A stretch of DNA of 64,000 bases from Chrysomallon squamiferum (lineage: Eukaryota; Animalia; Mollusca): NCBI GenBank assembly GCA_012295275.1, contig CM022671.1, positions 23,746,001-23,810,000 of the forward strand, in the 5' to 3' direction. The notes under the pieces were generated by a model. That model ran no database searches, was not told the DNA's origin, and saw only the letters and a program-made list of their open reading frames with translations. Positions 13,021-54,928 of the stretch are shown piece after piece. The position numbers and the translations under genes are program-made. Positions within the stretch are counted from its first letter, which is position 1. Each line of letters begins with the position of its first letter.

Positions 13021-16000
13021 TTTCTCAGATTGCTAGTACTATGACTTGTCACACTAAATGATAGCTAGAACTCTATTAGTACTCTTCTTATTAAACATAT
13101 CTGAAATATAAAAATTATTATATTATACAAGTATACCTGGAAAAACATTCAAAAATAGACAGCTAATTTATGTAAAACATTTTCATGTTGAAGGAATGGA
13201 CAACCATACTAAATGAAAATAAGCTCTTAATTTTATAATTCCAATAAATAGAAATAAAATAAAATATATTTGAATTAAATATATTTTAACTATTGTATGC
13301 ATGGGTTTTGTTTCTTTTTTTGGATGACAGGGGATTTGTAATATGAATTTTTTTTAAAACAAAACATATTTTTATGAATTATAACACATTTTTAAGATAG
13401 CTGTAAACAAGAGTCAAAACCACAACAGCATGCAACAACAGGTAAGAGATAATTTAAAGATATTAATCTTTGATTAAAAACATCATCTAAAATGATAATC
13501 TATTTTCCATCATTATTATTCTGATAAATAATTAAATTAACTATTTGAATAAATTTATTAGGAGAAAGCAATTTCTCATAACACATTTTCCTTTAATGTA
13601 ACTTGAATTGGCACATTACAAAACACACATACACACAAAATTAATGACAACGCATATATCAAAGAGAGTACTGATCCAATTATTTCTCAGTGAGGCAAAG
13701 GAAAAAAGATATCTATGTAATAATGAAACCATTTTCATTATTCTACCTTGGTTCATTCACACCTGCCCTACCCCTAATAAATATCACAGCATTAGTTTAC
13801 AAAACAGTGTAGTTACATAAGTGAATCAAAACAATAACAGTCAAATCTTAAAAGTATCTTAAATTCCACTTACTTATATCATTTCATGAAATAGTCCAAA
13901 AAAAGAGAAAAACTAACACTCTAAATAGACCATCTTTTCCATGGCAGACACCAAATAATGCATGCTGCTTAATCCCAGCCAACATGAAGCATTGGTACAC
14001 AGCTATCGCTCCGATGAGAGAATTCTCACCAAGCTATTCACTAAATTATGGATTTGTTCCCATAACCTTAGATTCATTATCCACGAACAGCAGTATGAAA
14101 GCTTGTTGCACTTTGCTTTTTCACAACAACCTTAAAATAAGATCGTATCTACTACTTTTGAACGGTTTAAATCATAAAGAGCCCAGGCACCTGGAACAGT
14201 TTTCAGAAACAATGAAATGGCTTTTGTACTCTTGAAGACAGCTTCTTTTCACTTGGGTGAATAACAAATCAATACATGTTGGTAAAATACTTTATACAAG
14301 TATACATATGATGAATGGGGAACATTATTCAGTTTTATGGAAAAAGATCATGTAAATGATTTATTTAAAATAAAGACTACTAAACTGGATTACTGTTATA
14401 AATTAAAAACATATATAAATGTTAATAAAAATATTTAAAATATACATACAGATTTACTGAAACATTTATAGAGAAAAACAACCACTGTATCATATTATAC
14501 AGGTTACCATGGAAACTATTGTCCCCCCCCTTTCTTTTTAAATAATTAGTGATCTAAGATATTTTACAATAAAAAAATATTTTTTATTTTTTATTGAGGT
14601 TAGAGTAACACATTTCAAGAGTTAACACAATATTTCTGTTGAAACAGGAAAGAACAGAAACTTTGATTTCAATTAACTTTATTGATTTACTGAAAAAAAG
14701 AGCTGTTTCAACAAAGGACCAACCCTCTTTACTGAATCCTTTTGTTTAACAAAAACATCTGGCTGCCAAGCCAGGCAAGAACAGAGTTCTAGTCATAGGT
14801 GAAAGCAAGTCAGACTGAGAAATAGATTATTTTACAAAATGCCTTAAATATTAAAATATTTAATAATTTCTTAATATTTCATATTATTGTTAACATTTTC
14901 AAATTAATACAATAATACAATTAATAATGAATTATTTTTTTTTTTTTTCTAAATAATAATAATAATAATAAAAACTGTTTAAAAAAAAAAAAAAAAATAC
15001 TTCATTTTTTTTTTTTTAAAAGCACATAAATAGTTAACTATTTTCCTGCTTTCTTTTAAAAAAATTAAATAAAAATAACAAGACACACAAAAATCTTCAG
15101 CACACTCAAAACACACACATAAATCAGTTTCAAATTGTCTTTCCTTTATTGATTTTAATACATACAAGCCATTTATTTTTTAAAGAATGAATTTTACACT
15201 AATTATTTATTTTTATTATTATTATTACATATATTTTTTTAAATAAATAAATGCCATTATTTTAAGTTGACCTTCATGAGTTGGAAAGAACAGAAAAAAT
15301 TATTTGTATCTTTGCTGATGATACAAAAGGCCCAAATCATTTTATATATTTCCATGATCTACTTTTGTTTCTGGTAATCAATTTTTGCAACATATAAAAG
15401 ATAACAAGAAAACAATATCATGAGGATGTGTCAATATTTTTTTATTTAATCTTGACAACATTTCATATATAGAAATGATATCACAACAAAAGGGGAAATG
15501 TACAGGTTTCTACCTCCTTGTGATTTTTGTTAACTCATGACTAACTTGTCACGAGAAACAAAACAAGAAATTAGAAGTATACAATATATATTTAGGTCAT
15601 TGTTATTATAGTTCTACATTATTAAAACTAATTAACTGTGGTACTATTATTTCTTGTTGCATTGTTACCATAAACATTGTTTGCTATTACTGTATAACCA
15701 GCATCGAAACAGCTGCAAGATCACTCACACATCTGCATTACAGGCATTCTGAAAATGTCAGGGTTTACTTCTTTAAGACATCACACATGTTGGTTTTACT
15801 TCATCTGATGTTGTATATATTCAGTTATGTATCTATATATTTATGCAATGTCATGCATTTTTCTTAAATAAAATTAGTAATAACATAATCAGAAAAATCT
15901 TTATTTTCTGTAAAATTAGTAATTACAATTCAGAAAAATCTTTATTTTCTGTTGATTGCCAATATATTAACCATCAAATTCTTTCAGTAGAAGAACATGT

Positions 16001-16697
16001 TATTTTTTTTTTTCTTAAAAAATCCATTGTTGCCAGAATATAATTATATTAAATTTGTTTGCCAGTAATTTACATTGTTTTTTAAGATAAAAATAAAATT
16101 AAAGTAAAAATATAAATAAATACAAAATTTATTAAAAAAAAAAAAAAAGAAGAAAACAAGTTATATTTAATAAGTAAATTTAATTTCTTTATATACAACA
16201 TATAAACTTGTTTTGTTTGTCAATTCATTTCATTCTGAAACTGTGTTTCAAATAAAAGAAGGAATTTTAAATACAATAGTTAAATGGAGAAAAATGAAGC
16301 TATATTATTTTTAAAACATCAAGCAATGAATAGATGCTACAGATTCTTGTTTTCAAATTAAAAAATTATGCATGCTAATTAGAATTTAAATTCCATAATA
16401 TTGGGATTTGTCATATTTTTCTTTTGGCGTTCACGTATTAATGTAATATAGAGACAATTCAATCCTGTTAATTAAATGTTTGGCTAGTACCAGTTAACGA
16501 CGTTTAACTGAACCAGTTTCAACTGATGAAAAATACCTATCGACCATGCCTCTGTCCACAGCCTTATCTGTATTATGTTGATTGAAACGTAAATGTACAA
16601 ACCATTATAACTGATATTAAATAAAAAAAACTATATTTATGCTAGATGCTGAAATTCTAGTCTGACAAAAATATAGGTATTTTTTTTTTTTTTCTTT

Positions 16698-16730
<33 letters not shown>

Positions 16731-16859
16731 GAAATTGAAAGTTTCAATTCGTTCATGTAATGACTAAATTAGGAAATAATGCCAAGACACAGTTAAATAT
16801 GCTTATTATTACAAAACGATGCAAAATTTCATTTAACTTTGTTAATTAAACAAGTAAAA

Positions 16860-17295
16860 TTACTCGAATAACGGTTACGTCAACGTGGCAATATTCTTTC
16901 GCGCCATTTTTGCGAATATAGCAAAGGTAAATTATTGGAGCAACAAGTCTAGTGAAGACTGCTTTACCAAAATCAGTGAAACAATAATTTTTTTAAATTT
17001 ACAAAAGGTAGGGAAACAAAACTTTGCACATGACAATTAAAAAAACCGACAGTTGTAATATTTAATTTAAAACGCATTCGAACTTGACCAGTTTACCGAA
17101 CAGATTTATTTAATAAAAATTATGTTAACATCATGTTTTATGCTAATTTTAAACACAAACTTAAAAATAAAGGTTTGAATAATACCAATACATGAAAAGT
17201 TGTTGTTTTTTTAAATTATAAATGTAATACCTTTTACCGTCGTCTGCTAGTGCGGTGAATCGTACAGAGCATGCGCTAGCGGAAGAGCACTTGTT
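16860..17295. promoter_or_regulatory. CpG-enriched promoter region, probably for septin A, with candidate non-coding first exons ending at 17238 or 16864
   Basis: Two CpG clusters in otherwise CpG-poor DNA. Motifs: TTACGTCA (CRE/ATF-like, 16875), TTTCGCGCC (E2F-like, 16897), GCCATTTT (YY1-like, 16903), GCATGCGC (NRF1-like, 17269), CGGAAG (ETS-like, 17280). Minus-strand donor ACG|gtaaaa at 17237. Confidence 0.6.
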
Positions 17296-17465
17296 TGGTG
17301 TGTAAAAAAAAAAAAAAAAAAAAAACTGTTTTAAGGAGGTGAATTATTTTTTAAAATTTTATTAAAGAACTTAATATGCATTTAATTATCATTAATATTT
17401 TAAAGTACAATTTCTGTTAAAATATTTTGTTATCGTAATTCAAAACATAATAATAATAATAATAG

Positions 17466-18355
17466 AATATGGAATGACATCCAGGGGATAAGCAGCAAAA
17501 ACAGATTCCAACAAAACTGCAAAACCTAGCCTCAAGAATAATGGGGTTATAAAGTCTTCACCCAAACAAGCTCTATTCTCAAGCTCACTGAAGACAGGCA
17601 AGTCCAAACTCTCATACAAGCATCAGAGTTCAGAAGTATGGTGAAGCACCCAGTAAACGAGAATGTCAAACAAACAGTTGAATTCCGGCATGGAAGAGAT
17701 ACAACTTTCCAGGAGTCTATAGGAGTCTATACCAGAAATTCTGAAAAATAAGACACAGATAGATTTGAAATAACTACCATCAAAATTGGTGGACACATAT
17801 TTATTCTGACGGAAGAACCTAAAATGGAGGTGGAGGGATTCAAATAAACCCAGTGATGGGGAAAAGCTTCAAATGTCTATTTCAACTCCTCCACTTAAAA
17901 GGGTGAAATGGATGCCATAGAAATTTAGCATTGAAGTTGATTAAAAACATCAAGAAAGGTGGTTATCTTTTCACCTCCAGGATCAGAAAGACCTCAAAAG
18001 GAAAAACATGAATGACCTTGCAAGTAATAAATTTTCACTGAGCTGTGCCACTGAACAAACAACATTACAGTGGATACCATCGCTACATAATATTTCAGGA
18101 AAGGAGGCAGTACATACACTAGGGAAAGAAGAGTAAAAGGATAAAGAAGAGATGCAGACAAGAATAAAACATACAAGTGAAAATGAAATTCAGAGTAAGA
18201 CTTTGAAAATGTCCCTATGTAACATTTTCTGCAACATTGCATCATTGACCAGAAACAGAGGAAAACAGTCTTGCCTTCAGACAAAACCCTGAAGGAGAAA
18301 TTTTATAAAGAACATTCAGTGAATAGCAGCATGTGTTCCAGGTACTGGGAACTCT
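17466..18355 (+). mobile_element. Decayed 3' fragment of a non-LTR retrotransposon (I-group-type LINE): RT C-terminal region, RNase H, zinc-knuckle remnant
   Basis: Broken + frames read EYGMTSRG*AAKTDSNK, LQNLASRIMG, LIQASEFRSMVKHPVNE, WTHIYSDG...NGGGGI, KVVIFS, LQWIPSLHNISGKEAVHTLGKE (RNase H consensus LQWIPSHxGIxGNExADxLAK) and HFLQHC. Confidence 0.85.
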
Positions 18356-18819
18356 TTATATTTTTATGTGATTCTTGAATTTGTAAGTTAAAATGGATTT
18401 TTAACATTATTATTCCCAGTATTATGAATGTCTAGCAATTCCCATTTCATTTTATAATCCAAATATAATTTTTAAAACAATAAATGAATAATTATTTTTT
18501 ATTTACTTTATTTATATTTGATTGGTGGACATCAAGTAAAAACTTTGTTATAGTAGTATGATTAGTGATTATTATTATTGTATTTCTTTTTATTGAACTT
18601 TTTTTAATATTTTTTTTTTTGATCTTTTCTATTTTTTTATTTCTTATTTATAAACAAAATACTTAAAGCAAATAGTTGGTGCATGTCCAAGCTGGTTATT
18701 GTAATATCTGTTATTACTTATTTACTACTTTAAAAAAAAAAAAAAGTTTAATGGGATGGGAATGCATACTGTCAAATCATATATATATAACCATATTAAA
18801 ATTAATTGGAAATAAAACA

Positions 18820-19264
18820 AAACATTTATAGCAAATAGTTTTATTTCACAATACAAAAAAAAAGTCAGTAAAAGCACATTAATACAAAATGTATTCAACG
18901 AATGTTGAAAGAAATAAGCACAAGGAATACATCAATGAAGTTTATAATTTAATAATATATCTTTCGTTTGACATTTCTGATGCTTTACAAAGTAGATTGC
19001 TGACACTGTTTGAACACTATGATGATAACCACAGAATATAGAAATATATTTACAATGTAATTACAATACTGAATACATTCATGATACACTGATTATTATT
19101 ATTATTATTAAGGTATAAATTTAATTTTTAAATACAAAAAATGTGATGTATTATAACCATAGGAAAAATCTGCCACCATGCCACTGAAAAATTAATTTCT
19201 GTGGTTTTAATTCATCATTATGTAATATTTTAAGTGAAAGATGAAAAACTGTTTTTGTCACTTC

Positions 19265-19295
<31 letters not shown>

Positions 19296-22107
19296 CGGTA
19301 ATTCAGTTTTAAATTCAGTTTTAAATTATGATATAAAAAAAAGAATGTAAATGAAGTCAAAAATTGTCATAGGTGTTACAAATTATTTTCAAGCTTGTGT
19401 AAATTTATACAAAATGTGAAATAATGTGGCAGATATAATAAAACATTAATTACAAAGAGAATAAATTATATTAAAATGTTTTACCATAATCAGAAAAATA
19501 CTAGCAAACTTTTGGTATGTAGTGATTCATTAATGTTTTTCTTTTAAAACACAATAGCAAAGAAAATGTTATAGTAATACAATTAGTGTTGATCAGGAGT
19601 GATGAATGGTTATGGCATTATAAATAGGTTTGACTGTAGTGCGGTGGTTTGCAGTTTGATATGCTGACATAATTCAAAGTAGAATTTTTTAAGCCTTAAT
19701 CTGCTTGTGATTTTATTATGTATTCTGTTTTTCTTGTTAGTATACCTTCTTTAAATCTGCCAACTTTATCTTCAGTCAGTGTCTGATGAACTAGTGTAAA
19801 AGCAAAACATTTATTAAATATAACTGCATTAGTATTGTTGTTCATAACATGTGTTTTTGGAATCAGCTTTAGAGCTTTTACTGATATTATCAATGTTTAA
19901 TACCAGTGAAATCTAAAAATTATGAAAGATTTTTTTAATAAATTGGTTACAAACCAAAAAAATTATAAGTATCATTACTTGTTGAAATGATAAAAGAATA
20001 ATTAAAATAACTTCAGATTTATATTTTTATTATTTTACTTCAAGTATGAGAACGATTCAATTAAAAGTTATGCTCAGCATAACATTGTGGTTTTCATACT
20101 GATCTTAACTGTTCAAAAGTTGAACATTTCTGCTATTGGAAATAATTATTCTGTTAATGTGAATTTTGAAAACAAATATTTTTCATTTAGACAACACAAC
20201 ATCAAACCATAGCAAAAATAACGTCAGAAAATTAACTAAGTCTCTTGGAAGATACACATACAACCATTATGTAAACTTAAAAAAAAAAAAAGAAGCGATT
20301 TCATCATCATCATCAAGGCATTAAGAATCATCATGTCTGTCCATAAAAAGCACATGCATGATATGTGACATGGTGATAATAAAAAAACACACAGTTTGTC
20401 AGAATAAATTTCTCAAAGTTAAAAATGTTCTATAAAAATGTGTGGACAAAATTCTATTCAGTGAATACAACAAATATTGCAGCATCGTGACCAAAGCAGT
20501 AAGCAAATCTAAAATAACAACAGTTATAAAAAATAAGATACAATATATATATACATACATACATACATATATATGTATATGTATGTATGTACATATGTAG
20601 GTATATATTTCTTTTTCACACTTATTTTAGGGTACATTTTTATTTTTAAAAAAAATATGTTTTTTTGGGGGTTTTTTTGGACACTTTAACCTAAATTGCA
20701 CTATTATTAAATGGAAAAAAAACCCATAGATATTTAAAAATAATTTTAAGCAATCTTTTTACAAAAACTTTTAAATTGCACTAATTGAAAAGCATCTATA
20801 TTTAGTAAAATGAAAATAATTTTCATCTGTTTTGACATTTTAAACTTAACAAATTCTGACTAGGTTTTGATTTAACCCTAATCTAGATTTATACTTTTAA
20901 CTTCAAAGATTTTCAGTTAACTGGAAAAACATTTATATGTAACAGAAAAGTATTTCCTTTGTACAGTGCTAAATTTCATTTAAAAAAGAATAATAAAAAG
21001 AGTTTATGTTTCTAATATAGTAAGCACAAATCAAACTCGTATTTCTGTGAAATAATGTCATTTCACATTGGTCCATCATATTCATTATTCATGACATTGA
21101 AATGTAAACAGATATAACAGACGATTTATGTTTTCACTTGTAACAGAAGATAAAACAAACAATAATTAATGTTTTAAATAGATGCATTGTGAGATGTAAA
21201 ATGTTTTTGAAAGCATCAGATGTAATTCTATGCTTTTTACTGTGAAAAACAAATTGCTCTGTCCTCTTTTTAATAAGAAATTAGCACCTTCAAAAAAGAA
21301 GACAGAAAGAAAAGATATCAACATAACAAAATTTAGTTGAATATTGTTAGATCCTACGTTAATTTCTACAACATAAAATAGCTTTGTTGTAAGTTCATAT
21401 ATCTGATATTAATTTCTACAACATAAAATATCTCAGTTGTACATTCACATATCTGATATTAAATTCTACAACATAAAATATTTTAGTTGTACAGACACAT
21501 CTGACATTAATTTCTTCAACATAAAACATCTTAGTTGTATGTTCATAGATTTGATATTAATTTTTAGAACACAAAAACTGGAGTTGAATATTGGTCGATC
21601 TTGTATTAAATTCTACAGCATAAAAAATTAGATCTGATATCAAATCTACAATATAAAATATTAGTTGTACATTCACATATCTGACATTAATTTCTACAAC
21701 ATAAAATATCTTAGTTGCACATTCACTGGATCTGAAATCAAATTTACAGATCTTGATTCACAACGACATTTGTTCCAGATTTAATCCATAAACACTACAA
21801 CAAAATTACACTTGATGTACCAACACAAGACCACAGATGTTTCATATGAGATTTAAAAAATATTATTTAGGCAAGTTTTGATGCTGAATGTTGCGTTCAA
21901 TGTGGTCCGAAAAACTGCATATCTTTATGACTAGTGACAGTGAAAAACAGCATGCTTGTGTTATGTATATTGTTTTTTTTTTTGGGGGGGGATTCTTTTT
22001 TTTTTTTTTTCTTTTGAAGATGGTTAAGAAGACAGTTTTGGCTAGGAGATGGTCTCTTTCATCTCCAATTGGAAATCCACAAAAATGATGTGCACAAAGT
22101 AGAAAAC
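18820..22107 (-). other. Predicted non-coding terminal exon (long 3'-UTR, about 3.3 kb) of septin B
   Basis: Acceptor tttttttccag|G at 22108-22109; candidate AATAAA at 18840-18845 (minus) followed by a GT/T-rich tract. The 3' end is inferred. Confidence 0.5.
21320..21750. repeat. Degenerate minisatellite, about 50-bp unit, roughly 8 copies
   Basis: Unit atctgatattaatttctacaacataaaatatctcagttgtacattcacat recurs at 21401, 21451, 21499, 21679 and in diverged copies. Confidence 0.9.
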
Positions 22108-22811
22108 CTGGAAAAAAATAAAATATATAAATAAATAGATTAAATACAGTTATACCTTTTTCAAGTTAAAAAAAGTAATAAATAAATATTATAGATAGAT
22201 AGATAAATAAATTTTAAAAAATAAGCAATAAAAATGTGATCTTAACTTCCTTTTCAGAAAAGAAAATGATAAAATTGAATTTAAAAACAAAATGTAAATC
22301 ATAATTATCAATTTAAATCATTTGATCAACAATTTTTTAAAGTCACTAACATTGATATCGGATACAATAATAAGCTGAAGCAAAAAAAGGCAGTCTAATG
22401 AAATATTATCTCACCTCAAAAACAATATTAAATAGACAATTAATGTAGCATGATGCTCAAAGATTAACACGTAATTTTAGTCAAAATACCAAATAACAGA
22501 ATAGGAAAAAACAAAAACAGACAACTTTAACTAAACTATAAGCAGAAATGGAAATAAATTTAAGTTTGATTTGTCAAGGACAGCCCTCAGACATAACAAA
22601 TTATATTAGAATGGATGACTAGAAATTTAATAAAACATATAATTTGATTCCAGAATGGTAAAAAAAAATTTTATTTTTATTTTTTATTATTTAAAATATA
22701 ATATTTGAATTTTTTAAAATCATTAAAACTAAGGTATCATATATTAACTTGTACTTTTAAGAAATATTTCACACAGTGACAATAAAAAAAATGCGAAACA
22801 CTCACTGTGAG

Positions 22812-51018
<28,207 letters not shown>

Positions 51019-52638
51019 GCTTGTTAAGATTAAGTAGAAAAACCTTTAACAGTACACTGGTATTCTGGGATTCACATGGCCCTTATTAAACAAGGAATCA
51101 CAGGTCAAATACATTTGTATTCCAGCTGTTCTAGAGAAGTGTGCCCTGGGGAGAGAGCTGCTTGGTTGAGAACTAGTCAAGGATAACCCAGTTATATAAT
51201 TACTAATCCAGGACGGTCCACAGATGGATTATCAAAGGTAGATCTGTCTATAGGGGAGTTTTGGAGTAGAAACTAGGACAGGGATGTTATGTAATGTTTG
51301 ACAAATGTTGTTTAATTGGTTAGCAAATATGTCTTTTACACTACAGCAGATGTGAGAGGAGAAATGGAAAGAATGTGTGCCATTGTTAACTAGAGTTTAG
51401 TTGTGAGTCACCACTAGCATTAATTACTTTGTATACTAAATGTTAGTTTGCTCAAGTTCATTGTATTTGGCTGTTTGGCTTGTATAAACACAGCATTCAG
51501 CTTAAGATGGTTGTTACAGTATTTTCAAAAAGTTAAAACCAGTAAAAAAAAAATAATAATAATAATATTTATTATTAAGTAAATGGTTTGTAAGTTTGTT
51601 TTTATGGGGTCTTGGAATTACTTTATTCATCAGGTTGTTTTTTCTATATAATAATTAAAAAAATTATTTAAGAAAAACGGTTGAAAAAGACTTGGAGATA
51701 TTAACAGACTTTACATTATTCTTTAACTCTGAGCATATTGTCATAGCATATTATGATTTTCTTAAACATATATTTCTTATTAGATAATTTTAGCCTCCTG
51801 AATGTAACTTAAATTTGTTCAAGTCTTCAAAATTGCCCTTTTGAAGTGCACTAATCCTAGGATTAACATAATAATCCCTCTGCATACCATCATCACCCAT
51901 TGTGCATATTCAGGCAAAAATAAAATATATATCTGACTGTACTTGACTCCTAAAGATCACCCCCTGTTTTTCTGGTTTTTTTTGCACTGCCCTGTTTTTG
52001 TGATCTGAACAAAACAACAATAAAAAAATGTAACAAAAGCCATTCTTGCATAGACCACCATCTTTTATTTCTATTCAGGCCCTGCTCAACTTTTGTGACC
52101 AAGCCCAGTTTTTAAATCTCTGAAAAATCACTGCCACCATTTCTACTCTAGTTCTGCCCTGGGCTAGATGTTTCAGACAATACATGTAGATAGAGAATGA
52201 GGAAATGTGTAAGTCTCAAGTACACAGGATTAATCCAGTGATGCAGTAATACAAACTAACCCAGAGAAAAATGTGTTTGAAGTTTCAGACAACTCACAGT
52301 TGTGTACTGAGACAACAGGAGTGACCTTTCCTTTTATAGAACTTTCCTATGTGTGAAACTGTGTTAGTTAAAATGAATGATTGAAATTTCTTACCAAAAT
52401 GAGTTGTAACGGAATTATATAAGGCAGAAATGTGTTGATTGATGTATGTAATTATAATGTTAAAACAAAAAAAGAAAAAGAAAAATAGTGTTAAAAATAA
52501 ACAATAATAAAAACAATAATTTGAAATATGAATCTGGAAAAGGAAATTTTAAAAATGTAATGAAAAAATATAATCAAATATAACTCATAAAATTAAAAAA
52601 GCATGAAAAGTTTGTTTGTTTGTTGTATTTTTTTTTTT

Positions 52639-52683
<45 letters not shown>

Positions 52684-53944
52684 TTTTTTTTTTTTTTTTT
52701 TTTGTTACTGCTGTTTGTTGTTGTTCAAACAAATACCTTTTAAAATCTTCTTGTTTTAGGGATTTTTTTTTTTTTTTTTTTTTCTGTTAGCATTATTAAA
52801 AAACAAAAATTGTAAATTACCAAGAGCGGGGTGAAAAACAACAACCTCAAAACAAGTTTGTCACACATGAATACCCAGTCATGTGATAAAGACATTCCTA
52901 CAAAACTGAATGGTTTCCATTAAAACATACATTACCATAAAACTACATATAAATATTTTGAAATTTATTTATTTAACAGTGTTTACAATATATATATATA
53001 TTTTTTTTATTAATGACTTACCACAATAAACAGAAATAAGTATCTAACAGCCATTAAATTCACATTCAGTAACATAATGTTGTGAAAGGTTTGTTTATTA
53101 CCATTATTTTTTTTTCAAGTATAAATCATTTTTTCCATTTTTACTTTTTTAAAATCTTTTCTTTTCTTTCTTTCTTTTCTTTTTTATGTCTTTTTACAAT
53201 TTGTTTATTATACATTTAAATTTTTAATAATGCATTTTTTAAATTTAATTTCAGTTTTGATAATTTATATTAAATTCCTCAGTCCAGTAACACTGTGTGT
53301 TTGTGTGTGTGTGTGTTTGTGTGTGTGTGCATGCATGTGTATGTGTACTTGTATGTAAAAAATCATTAAATAATAAAAAAAAAATTCTGAATTACAAGAA
53401 AATAGATTTTACCCCAGCACCCAACCCCACACCTCCAATTTCCATTCAGAATTTTTTTCATACTATTTTGGGATCTTTTTAAATTAGAACAAATATTATA
53501 GCTATAGCAGACTACTCCAAATCATTTCATTACAGCACTTATTAGGCTGAAAGACAATAACTGTTTTAAGTGAAGAAATTACTTATTGATAGACTTTTTT
53601 TTTTTTTTTTTATTCTTTGGCTATTTTGTCATTGACTCATTAATTAGTGTCAAAACACTGAAGCAAAATGAAAGCTGGAAACAACAGTAGGTTACTTGTA
53701 CTAAGCTTCTCTGAAGAGTGACATGATCGTCTTCATTCACTTAATAAGCTCTTCGGTATTTCTGTCAGTGACACATATACATGAAATCCCTTCTAGACTC
53801 TGCATTATAAAATAATTCATTAAATAATAATGATATAATGATCTCTGTCTTGACGTGAAGTAACCAGTTTCATGTTTTGTTTTTTAAATCAGTTTCATGG
53901 TTTTTTTTTTAAATTATGATTATTATTATTATTATTACTATTAC

Positions 53945-53984
<40 letters not shown>

Positions 53985-54842
53985 TAATAACAATATTAAA
54001 ACTGGTAAGAATAATTCATTATGTGATGGTTACCAGGTTTCATCTGATAATACTGACAAATAACTTTATTAATAACAACATATAAATGTGATATAATAAT
54101 CATATATTCACACATTAGTAACAAGGATCTTTTACAGGTTTTCTCACAGACAGGAATTTATATAGCACTGTTTAAGGGGAACTGGTTAGAATGTGATATA
54201 GCCTAATGAACACACTGATACAGACTGATCTTACAACCAGTCACACTCAGTACAATAATTGATTAATTCTACGATAATTACAAATAAGTAACATAGGAGG
54301 ATAAAAATTTATATATTTATTTACAACCATTAAAATATAAAAGTAATATAAATTATACTGTGATTGTATAACACCCATCCCAAACACACACACACATACA
54401 TACATTACTTTTTCTGTTCTAGTACAGGACCAAATAAAATCCCAAAATGTGCAAAATACATTAACATCTGGTTTGAAATGACAGACTCTTTCTTTTTTCT
54501 TTAAAAAAAAAAAAAAAAAATGTTTTAAAAGTATATTTCAGCAAAAAAAATTTCTTCTTCTTTAAAAAGATTTCTGAACATTTTAAAAGAAATGCATCTA
54601 TGTGTTTATGCAGTGACGTCTTGATTTAAATGTATTTATTTAACATGCAGCTTTTATCAATTTGCTGCATCCCAGCTGAAATCTGGAGAGAAATATCTGT
54701 AAAACTGTCACACAAACCTTAAATCAGACCCAACCAGATAGGCAAGAACACAAAACCAGAAAGATAAATATATAAAACTTGATGACAACTTAGTTTATGG
54801 GTTTGTAAATTTTTATTTTTTTATTATTATTTGGTTTTTTAT

Positions 54843-54846
<4 letters not shown>

Positions 54847-54910
<64 letters not shown>

Positions 54911-54928
54911 ATATATATATATATATAT
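54847..54928. repeat. (CT)n + (AT)n compound microsatellite
   Basis: Direct reading. Confidence 0.95.

Noticed and set aside
13930-14260. GC-richer block with 83-aa ORF 13984..14235
   Set aside because: No recognisable motif or splice-consistent structure; probably an unclassifiable decayed repeat. The same holds for 28180-28470 and 40750-41100.
21320-21750. CRISPR-like appearance of the periodic repeat
   Set aside because: Units are contiguous and diverged with no unique spacers, there are no cas genes, and the context is eukaryotic.
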